Shown in pieces: positions 54,088 through 64,000 of a DNA stretch of 64,000 bases; the stretch's first letter is position 1; each line of letters begins with the position of its first letter. The position numbers were made by a program, and so were the translations under genes. This DNA is from Camelus ferus (lineage: Eukaryota). The notes below the pieces were generated by a model. That model was given only the letters and a program-made list of their open reading frames with translations. It was not told where the DNA came from and searched no databases. The stretch covers positions 20,896,001 through 20,960,000 of the forward strand of contig NC_045697.1 of NCBI RefSeq assembly GCF_009834535.1. Direction: 5' to 3'.

Positions 54088-55096
54088 GCATGGTATTGGT
54101 ACAAGACAGACGTATGGATCAATGGAACAGAATAGAGAGCCCAGAAATAAGCTCACAGATTCTTGGTCAATTAATGTTTGACAAAGGAAGCAAGAATATA
54201 CAATGGAGAAAAAGACAGAGTCTTCAGCAAATGGTGTTGGGAAAATTGGACAACTGCATGTAAATCAATGTAGTTAGAACATTCCCTAACATCATACACA
54301 AAAATAAACTCAAAGTGGCTTAGGACTTAAACATAAGACAAGGCACTATAAACCTTCTAGAAGAAAACATAGACAAAACAGTCTGACATAAGTCTTAGCA
54401 ATGTTTTCTTAGTTGAATCTACTCAGGCAATAAAAAAAAGTAAAAATAAACAAATGGGATCTAGTTAAACTTACAAGATTTTGCACAGCAAAGGAAACCT
54501 TAATCAAAACAGAAAGACAACCTATAGAATGGGAGAAAATGTTTGCAAAAGATAAGACTGACAAGAGCTTAATTTCCAGAATACATAAACAGCTCATACA
54601 ACTTAATAAGAAAAAAGAAGCAAACAACCCATTCCGAAAATGGACAGAAGAGATGTAAATAATCAATTGTCCAATGAAGACATATAAATGGCCAATAGGC
54701 ACATAAAAAAAATGCTCACTATCACTAATTATCAGAGAAATGCAAATCAAAACTACAATGAGATATCACCGCACACCAGTCAGAATGGCCATCATTCAAA
54801 AGTCCACAAATGATAAATGCTGGAGAGGGTGTGGATAAAAGGGAACACTTCTACACTGCTGGTGGGAATGTAGTTTGGTGCAGGCATTATGGAAAATAGT
54901 ATGGAGATTCCACAAAAGACTAAAATTAAACTTACCATATGATCCTGAAGTCCCACTCCTGGGCATATATTTGGAGGGAACTTTAATTAAAAAAGATACA
55001 TGCACTCCAATATTCATAGCAGCACTATTTACAATAGCCAAGACATGGTCACAATGTAAATGTTCATTGACAGATGACTGGATAAAGAAGTTGTGG

Positions 55097-55100
<4 letters not shown>

Positions 55101-55142
<42 letters not shown>
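55101..55142. repeat. (CA)21 perfect microsatellite within L1
   Basis: Directly visible. Confidence 0.95.
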
Positions 55143-55146
<4 letters not shown>

Positions 55147-55750
55147 AATACTACTCAGCCATAAAAAATAATTTAAAAATGCTATTTGCAGGATCATGGA
55201 TGGACCTGGAGATTGTCATTGTAAGTGAAGTAAGCCAGAAAGAGAAAGAAAAATGCCATGTATCACTTATATATGGAATCAAAAAAAAAAAAAAGGCAAA
55301 TGAACTAATTCACAAAACAGAAACAGACTCACAGACATAGAAAACAAACTTATGATTACCAGAGGGGAAGAGGGTGGAAAGGGATAAATTGGCAGTTTGA
55401 GATTCACAAATACTGACTACTATATATAAAATAGATAAACAACAAGTTTATACTGTATAGCACAGGGAACTATATTCAATATCTTGTCGTAACCTATAAT
55501 GAAAAAGAATATGAAACAAATGTATTGTTTGTATATGTACGACTGAACTATTACTCTGTACACCAGAAATAGACACAACATTGTAAACTGAATATACTCC
55601 TATAAAAAAAGCAAAAATAATAAAGTAAATGATGTCAAGCACATAGCACTGTCTTCTCCATCAACTTTAAACAATGTGGCTCAGACCATCTTTCTGAAGT
55701 ACAGTGTAATGTGGTAAGTAGACCTATTATCAAGCACTCATTGTCAGTGT

Positions 55751-56035
55751 TATGGTAGACAAAATAACGGTTCCCTAGAGATGTCCACAGCCAAATTCCT
55801 GAAGGGTATGATTATGTTACCTTACATGGCAAAGGGGAATTAAGTTTGCAGATAGAATTAAAGTTGATGAGCACCTGACTTAAAAGCTGGGAGATTATCC
55901 TGGATTCTGTAGGTATGCCCAGTAAGGTCAGAGTGATGTGATATGAGACGACTCAGTCTGCTGGCGCTGGCCTTGAAGAAAGAAAGGGAGTCAAGAGCCA
56001 AGGAATACAGATGGTTTCTCGAAACAGGAAAGGAC
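55751..56035 (+). mobile_element. MLT1D-like MaLR LTR, 5' part
   Basis: tatgttaccttacatggcaaaggggaattaagtttgcagat...gggagattatcctggatt. Confidence 0.8.
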
Positions 56036-56069
56036 AACACAACAGCTTCTCCTGGAACTCATGGATAAG

Positions 56070-56487
56070 CAGGAAGAATGGCACAGCAGAAGAGAGAGAG
56101 CAGGGAAGCCCTGAGCTTCTCCCACATGCCTTGCCTTTGCATCTCCTCCATCTGGCTTTTCCTGAGTTATATTATTTTATAATAAACTGGTAATCTAGTA
56201 ATTAAATGGTTTCTCTGAGTTCTGTGAGCTAGTCTAGAAAATTAATTGAACCTGTGAAGGGTTTGTGGGAATCTATGATTTTATAGGCATTTGGTCAGAA
56301 GCACAGGTGAGAAACTGGACTTAAAATTGGTGTATGAAGTGGGAGTAGTCTTGTGGAAATGAACCCTTAACCTGTGGGATCTGATACTATCTTAAGGAAG
56401 ACAGTGTCAGAATTGAGTTAATTGCTTGATGGCTTTGGGAAAAACACATGTCAGAGCGGGAAAAACACATGTCAGAACAGGAAAAAA
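56070..56487 (+). mobile_element. MER21-like ERVL LTR, 3' part
   Basis: tgcatctcctccatctggct...tttctctgagttctgtgagc...ggtcagaagcacaggtga...cctgtgggatctga...gtgtcagaattgagtt. Confidence 0.8.
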
Positions 56488-58659
56488 TAAGAGAACAAAC
56501 AATTTGAAGCTAAAGCTCTATTGGAGATCAGATGGAGATCAATTTGAAGCAAGGCTGTTAGAAGAAATACTTGCAATTAAAGAAATATAAGTTGATACAT
56601 AGATTTTGGATATAAACCCATGTTTTCAGCATTTTTTTGCTAAGAAAGCTATGCTTTTAAATTTCTGTTCAATATGTTACCTGGTACCCAGAACACTGCA
56701 GCCAGAAAGGAATCTGGAGACCTGCTGTGGATAGTGATAATGCATTTTGAAAGAACATTAAATTCTTTATAGTTTAAAATTAATTGGAGTATTTTCTTTT
56801 CTATTTAAAACAGTAATAAAGATTTGAGAAAACCAGAAAATAGTTTAAAAATTTCAGCAAAACATTTCACTGCTTTCAGCCAAAACCTGCACAAAAAAAG
56901 GAATATTCTACTTTGTATTTTTGTGACTGATTATCCTATTTCTATGATTTACATGTTCACAATTATATGATTCCAAAACATGGTGGTAAAACTCATGAAA
57001 GCACTCTAAACACTTACTACAATTTCAAAAACCTACAGTGATGGTAGAGGTTGCCTTTAATCAAACAAATATCTGCTCAAATTCCCATTGTCATTCAACT
57101 CTTAAATTATATTTTATGTAACATACTGTCTTTGCACATTATTATATTATTGTTATAATTATGATTATTTGTAGTTGTAGTTTTATTTTCCCAGTAGTGC
57201 CTTTTGCAATTCTTGTGTCATATTGAAAGAAAATATTTATTATTTTGTGTACCACGTTTTGACAAAACTTAATAAATATTTTGATAATTAAAAATGCTTT
57301 TGCTAATTTCAAGTTTTATTCTAGAGCAATTATACTTCCTATAGGACTAATTTTTTCTTAATAACATATATTTTATTTGCTGCCAGCATTTTTAAGATTC
57401 AAAATGATCTATCATCTCTCTTTTCACTTACTCAATAGTTCATCACTTTAGGCTGGGCATCATTTATTTATAGAAGAGAAAATCATATCCTGAGGCACTA
57501 TATCACAAGAAGCTTTAAAGATTAAATGACAAAAATGGTAAGAACAAGAGGAGATATGAAAATAAAACGACTGAAAGAGAATTTTCATTATATGAATGTA
57601 TTAAACTGTCATGTTTGCAAGCCTCTGATGCTCACTACCACTTACCAACCACATTATCTATATGAAAATTTTATTCAGAGTGACTGACTCAACTAAATGA
57701 CTATTTTTAAACATGTGTCTTGTATGAAATTTTAAAGAAAAATTTTCACTATACTTTTTGATAATCAAGCATAAATCCTTTAAAAAGAGAACAACACAGA
57801 ATCTCCTCTATAACATCAGCTGTGTGTGTGTATGTGTGTGTGTGTATTCATAACAGTAGCCTACTTGATATGGAAAACATTCCTTCCTGTATACACAGCA
57901 GTTCTCTTTGGGTGAAATACAAAATCAATATGCCTTATCTAAAATAATCTGAAAACAAACTTTTAGGAAGTCAGTGAAAGAACAAACAGAGGCGAATTTA
58001 GAGCCAGATAGGACTGAATACCTATCACAGTAGTCATTCACTCAATGAACTTCTGAAATTTATTGCAATCTCTGTTTTCTATCTGTGCAAATTTCCTACA
58101 TTAAATAAATATAATTTGACTGTTCTATACTCTTGGGATATAGGAGAAAAAAATAAAGATTTTTCCTCATAGTTTTTGTATCCTAGTTGTGGGGACAATT
58201 CGATAGGTAGGTAGGTAGATGACTAAATAAAAATATGAGCACATATAGATAATTTTTCCCACAAAGTAAATAAAATGTGAATAGAGAAGTAATGGTCAGA
58301 GAGGTCAGGTGAAATCTCTTCAAGGAGAAATTAATGAAGGCCAGAAAAGTGAGCACCAAGTAGGCACACAAAACTCTGGAAAATGAGCCTTTAGGATGAA
58401 AGAAGCAGGGAGGAAAACTTCTAAGAAAAGAATGTACTTGCTGTGGTCTTTGGGGAGAAAGGGAAAAAAATGACAGTTGAGCCAAAGACACATTCAGAAC
58501 ATACATTTAATCTCAAATGTGATTTGAGAGTTATTAACAGAGACATCCTAATTATAAATGTATACAGGAATCTGGAAGTACTGATTTTCTGTAAGTGTTA
58601 GACTTTCATTCTTCAAGAACCAATGTTGAAAGGTTTTGCCCAGGCAGGCTGGAATTATA

Positions 58660-58910
58660 AAAAGAACGTCATATGCATCAAAGGCAAACAAACTTGGGTT
58701 TGACTCTTTTCTGATACCTAGTAAGTATATGATCTTTGGCCTAAAAGGATTAAAAGCCACTTTAAGCAATTTCCATATTTCTTTAAACACACTTTCAATC
58801 TCACTTGCCTCTATAAATAGTATATATTCCTATTTATGTGATGTAAAGAAGGTTATGCATGAAATATAACAGGAATATTAAATATGTAAATAAATGTAAA
58901 TATTGAACAC
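58660..58910 (+). mobile_element. MIR fragment
   Basis: aaacttgggtttgactct...atatgatctttggc. Confidence 0.45.
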
Positions 58911-59761
58911 TAACAAAATATTAAAATAGTATGATAAGAAGCATTATAACAATGTAATCATAATACAATTATTCTAAACTTCATTTAGGAGATTTCTAAA
59001 GGCAGAGACATGTGGGCAAATCTTATACACAAAATTAAATAAAACTTTGGTTTTCTATACTCCCTTTGTTTAGAAGAACTTATAAAAAGCCAGAATCAGG
59101 TTATTCTCTTAAAAATATTTCTAATCTTATGAATTTTATGAAGATATTTAGTTATCTCAATTTGCATTTTTCTCACCTATCCAAATTAACTTCACAATCG
59201 ACTTATACTGCACATTATATTAACAAGTTTTGTATATAGATATTTGTGTGATGTGAATATTATTGACCTCCTAATATCAGCCTGCAATAGCACGAAACTA
59301 ATTAAAATAAATGGAAGTAGAAAAAAAATATGATGTTTTTAATGACCATGTGGACATTTTTAAGCCTCTATAGCCATATTTGTCTCTTCAATAGCTGTGA
59401 TATTTAACACCATCTTGTAGGTTCATATTTTTTAATGTGATGTTCTAGCTGTAAATGTCCATAAAAAACTATATCAAAGAATTTAAATATTCAACAATAG
59501 GTGGACATAATTGTCTCCATTTCTTTTCCATATAAATATGAGTGTTGACTGTAGTTAGACTGTAACTTTTCTACTATTGGGAGAAATGTGGGATAGATAC
59601 ATCTTGTCTCATGGTTTAGGGTCATTTAATAAATGGAGGGGACTGAATGCTACTGTAGATCTGAAATTTGAGTTGTTTGCAATAAGTGCAGAGACTTTGG
59701 ATCTGCCCACTTGGGGAGGAGGTGCATATATTCCACTTCTGAAAAGAATAGAGAATCCAAC

Positions 59762-60180
59762 TGCAAGAGAAGACCGTAGCTAATTCCAGCAACGTGCTCC
59801 CCAATCCCATTTTCTCCTCCAGGGTCTACGAGATGACTATTTTACCTAGCATTTCTTGTGGCTAGTTGTGGCCACACTACTAAGCTTGTGCCAACAGAAT
59901 GTACCCAGAATTATGTGTGTCACTTCCAAGCCTGGCCCCAAAAATCAGTCATGAGATCGGCCATGCTTTCTTTCTCTCCCATCGCCAATAGCTGGAACTG
60001 AAAACTCCCTGATGATGGAGTCACAGAATGGAAAAGGCCTGGATCGTTGAATGACAACCTGGAGAGGAATAGGCAGGATGGTTATCCAATCTGTACTCAA
60101 TTTGCAAGCATAAGACATTGACTTCAACATTTAAGTCGGTAATATTTTGGGGCATATTTGTGACAGCATCTTTCTCAATA
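59762..60180 (+). mobile_element. Old MaLR LTR (MLT1I/J-like)
   Basis: ctagttgtggccacactactaag...tgtgtgtcacttccaagcctggccc...gatggagtcacagaatggaaaaggcctggatc. Confidence 0.75.
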
Positions 60181-60199
60181 GTTGAAAGAAAGGTAGAAT

Positions 60200-60320
60200 T
60201 CTAGCTTTCAAGAAGGAGGGTACTGTGAATATATTTTTCATTTTTGTATCCAGAATGTCTTCCATAATTCCTGGCTCACAGTGGGTGCTCAATCAATTTA
60301 TGACTGACAGAATGTATAGA
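60200..60320 (+). mobile_element. L2 3' terminal fragment
   Basis: tgtatccaga...cctggctcacagtgggtgctcaatcaattt. Confidence 0.55.
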
Positions 60321-60462
60321 TAAATGTCTTGAAAAGGTACATTTGATTAAATAAATATCACCCCAGCACAATCTGGGTTTGTTTCAGATTTAGGTTCAGA
60401 TATAACCTAATTTATTCTTTGTAAACAAACCAATGACATTAAAATAAAACACATAAAGATTC

Positions 60463-60951
60463 GGTATTAGTGTCCTATTGCTGTAACAGTTTGCTGTAAC
60501 AAATTACCATACACTTGGTGATGACACACAGATTTATTGTTTTACAGAGTTATAGGTCAGAAGTCTCACTGGCCTAAAATCAAGGTGCCAACAGGGCTGA
60601 GTTCTTTCCAGAGGCTCTTGAGAAAATCTGTTTCTTTGCCCTTTCAAGCTTCCAGAGGCTGCCAATATTCCTTGGCTTATGGCTCCCTTCCTTTACCTTC
60701 AATGTTCCCAACAGCAGATTCAGTTCTTACATCTTATTAATCTGACCTCCTCTTCTACCTCTCTTTTCCAATTTTAAGGATCCTTGGGCTACACTGGGCC
60801 CAGTTACATAGTCCAAAATATTCTCCTTATTTTAAGGTCAGCTGATTAGCAAATTTAATTCTATCTGTAAATTTAATTCTCCTTTGCCACTTTAGGTAAC
60901 TTATTCACAAATCAGAAACATCATTAAAAGGCCATTACCCTCTCCACCACA
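60463..60951 (-). mobile_element. MLT1D-like MaLR LTR
   Basis: gtattagtgtcctattgctgtaaca...aaaatcaaggtgccaacagggctg...ttttaaggtcagctgattagcaa...caccaca. Confidence 0.9.
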
Positions 60952-63099
60952 GTTCTTTTATATATAAGTAACAGTTTATTATATTTAATGAAATTTGTAA
61001 AATGCTGTAATCAAGAATTTTCATCGGAAGCCACAGATTTCTACAGGCCACATCAATTTAATTTTATTGTTTTCCATTCTTGCATAGACTGAAACAGTTA
61101 AGGAGGTAAAAAAAAATGGAAGTTCTGCTTCAAATTCATTCGAGCATATTTGGAGTCACCCTGTTATAAAGAATCAGTGGAGTTAGTGAATTTTCCATCT
61201 GTTCTTACTTAATCAACTACATATTTATGCCCTTGAAACGGCTGAAATAGTCTCTTGCTGGAGGCTGCAATGTACCTTTGTAATGCAGGGGAAGATTTTG
61301 AGATATTTTTAGTTCCTCTTGAATGATCTAAAAGTGTCTGGAGTGACATGAGATTTCACCTTCATCCTTGTTCACTCAGAAAATTGTCTAGCTTGGGGCA
61401 AATGGGATATATTCTTTCACATTGCTAACACTGTCGAAGAGTCAAATGATGAAGGGTCCTACAGATTTTGTTCTTCAATTCTCCAAATCCCATGCTTATA
61501 CCATGGCTTTTTTTTTTCACTAGAGAAAGATCAGTCTCATAAAACAAAACCATCTCAGATTTCCTAGTCACTAGCACTTCCTGATATGGGACATTTGATT
61601 TTGCAAGCTGAAATCTATCACATTTTCTATTTCTCCTTTTCATCATTTTTTTTCAATTCCTCATATTAACAAAGAAAACAAAATAAAACAAAACAAAAAC
61701 AACTAATATTTGGTTATTTATTCATTGGTAAGTTAAAACTTTCAAAAAAAAAGTTTGAGTTTAAGTATTCCTGGGAACTCTTGTTTTCTCTCCTTTGAAC
61801 ACTACTAATTTAAGTTCCAATTACCTATCATTTATAATATTTGGCATCATTTTTTTTTGATCATGATCATGATCATTTGATCCCCTCTTTGAATGCTATT
61901 GCTAAGACCACTGAATTTAAGGCTATATCAATAATGCCACCTGAAGACTGAGTTTTTATCTCATCTTCTTAAGGCCGTTAACGTTATCCTGATTGACACT
62001 CAAGGTCTAAAGGAATAACACAGGAGTAAACCACTTGAAAGTGAAGTACGAGTCAAAAATAAACTGAACACATCTTCCAGAGAGCTTTGAGACAGAAATT
62101 CTGCAAAGGACAAACAACCTCCAAATGAGTGAGCACTGAAATAATGAGAATGGGAAAGTGTCATCCGACTATTAGCTGAAGTCTCCTCCTTCAAGGAAAG
62201 CAGGTTTCTAAGGTCAAGTCTAGAGAAAAACAACATTTGAGCTCACTAGCCAGATTCTCCATTGGAAAGCAGAGGGTCAAGCTGATTGTTGGCAGAAAAG
62301 TGGGGAGAATGTAAAAGAATCAGTGCCAAGGGCTAGGAATAAATGTCACTTAGAAAAATGATCAGGAAATACAGAAGGGCTACAGAAAAGATAGTTTAGA
62401 ATTCCTGTCAGAGATTAAGTTCTGCTGATGAAATTTTGAGCTCCACCATATTTTGCAATACCAGAGTGGACTTTCTGTGTTTCTTTAAGTTGACAGTCCC
62501 AAGCCATTTGTATATCCTTTTGGTTTCTTCGTGTTATCCTCCACAGAAAAGTAAACAGGGTCTTAATCCCATGATTTACAAAGCAAATGTATCTCAGAAG
62601 ATAGCACTTAGGCTCACAAAGACTTGTTTGGTTAGTCATTTGAGAGCTATTTGCATTAATGTGGACATCTGACACTGTCAAATTCAGCCTGCTTTAGTCT
62701 ATCTTTAGATATATTCTTATTAGAAGGGCTACTCTGGGAGATAACGTCAGAAAGAAAAAAAATTATTACTTTTCTCTCACAGTATTTTTTTTGCGTTATT
62801 AAGAAGATGAATGCTAAGCTTGGCTATCTACTCACAAAAATTGAACTTCTAACTGGCAAATTGTTTATAACAGAACTCAACCTTAGAAGGGAGTTCTAAA
62901 TCTCTAAAAAATACTAATCTTTGCTATCTTTTTCAGTGATCTCTGGTCTCAGGAACAATTTATTTCAAAGCCTCTATAAAAAATTCTTTGAGTCTTTTCT
63001 TATGGGATATACTTCCAAACTGAGATCAAAATATCACTCTTTACCTTTTTTATTATTGTTGTTTCACACATTATAGAGAAGGTAGATGGAAATAACATG

Positions 63100-63300
63100 C
63101 TTTGAGACTTGACCGTGTAAGAAGCGTATTGGTGGTTATTATAATTAATCCTCACAATCGCTCAGTGATACTGTATATTGCTATACCTATTTTAAAGATA
63201 AAGAAACGTACCGAGAAATTAAATATTGTGTTGAAGAGTGTGAGCGAAGATGGAAACCAGGTCAACTTGATTTTAAGTTTATGCTCTTTTTAAACGCTGC
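63100..63300 (-). mobile_element. MIR SINE
   Basis: ttaatcctcacaa...cctattttaaagataaagaaac. Confidence 0.65.
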
Positions 63301-63529
63301 ACTTCTCTTCTTGAAAAACCATGTTTCTCTCACCTACATTTTACCCGTCTGTTTATTGTTCTGCCCTGTATATCCTCCCTCAGAAATGGAAAGAGTATCC
63401 AAGGCAAACAGCATTTTGGCTACCCCACTGACTTCAAAAGATAAATAATTTGTATTTCTATTTACCAGAATTCCTACGTGATTAACATTAGTCATTAGTG
63501 GAGACATATTTCTTTTGTTATTCTTGGCC

Positions 63530-64000
63530 TAATATTTCTTTAAAATTTTGAAAATATAATACATATCATATCCATTATATACATATATACACATATATAT
63601 GTGTAGGTATACATATATATGTGTATATATGTTCTCTATATGTTGTATAAATATATAAATGATATATATATTATGGAAGTTTATTTATATAGCATCATAT
63701 ATTATATATGTAACATATACAGTTCAGAACAATAATGAAAGTAAGATCTATGCACTAAACTCTCCAATTAAGGAATAGAATATTATTAGTGTCTTTGAGG
63801 AACTCTTTGAACCCGTCCCAGATCCATTAACTCCCTTCATAGGAAGCCGTCATATTTTTTTCTTTACAGTTTGATCATGCATATAAGCATACCACAACAG
63901 ACATAAGGTTCAATGGCAGACAATTTAGTTTTATATAAATTAAGTCATGTTATATGAATTTCTCTGAAACTCTCTTTTCCTTCAAAATTTTATTGGTGAC
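63530..64000 (-). mobile_element. L1ME-like 3' end with (TA)n tract
   Basis: gaaaatataatacata...aattaaggaatagaatattatta...ttttatataaat; runs off the window. Confidence 0.55.

Larger units (their letters stand above)
53520..55625 (+). mobile_element. 5'-truncated lineage-specific L1 (disrupted ORF2 3' part and 3' UTR)
   Basis: Translates KEVKDLYTENYKTL...[13 protein letters not shown] 54875..55171 ([13 protein letters not shown]) is ORF2 C-terminus; stops and frameshifts present. Confidence 0.95.

Noticed and set aside
54409..55197. Longest ORFs (113 and 133 aa, minus strand)
   Set aside because: Antisense readings of L1 ORF2 and a (CA)n repeat.
56437..56487. Short repeated units here and at 36351-36380, 37045-37080, 41442-41473 and 48754-48812 as an array or CRISPR
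   Set aside because: Only two copies each, inside TEs, in eukaryotic DNA; ordinary local duplications.
62000..62236. Minus-strand exon (acceptor tgttgtttttctctag, LDLRNLLSLKEETSANSR...)
   Set aside because: No convincing donor and no recognisable protein similarity.
1..64000. Short ORFs in the six-frame track as protein-coding genes
   Set aside because: All are 133 aa or shorter, low-complexity or overlapping TEs and microsatellites; none resembles a cellular protein I recognise.

Overview
AT-rich, CpG-depleted mammalian genomic DNA, very probably camelid (two tRNA-derived Vic-1-like SINEs). It looks like deep intron or intergenic sequence. I recognise no protein-coding exon, and the ORF track is explained by repeats, microsatellites and chance. 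The window is mostly transposable-element debris: MIR, L2, old L1M, younger L1 3' ends, MaLR/ERVL/ERV1/ERV2 LTRs, and hAT and Tc/mariner MITEs. Most notable: (1) a polypyrimidine-CAG|GTAAGC junction at 17993/17994, shaped like a recursive splice site; (2) a decayed class III (ERV-L-like) provirus at ~46.3-50.3 kb with gag, protease and RNase H traces, a PPT-LTR junction and a possible env-like tail; (3) a 383-bp non-TE insert at 8151-8533 with L1-type target-site duplication, probably a retrocopied 3' UTR; (4) a 65-bp non-tandem direct repeat at 34.2/34.7 kb; (5) an intact solo LTR with a 6-bp TSD. I cannot claim a wholly new biological system from sequence alone. Repeat family names come from my recollection of consensus sequences, and most boundaries are approximate.
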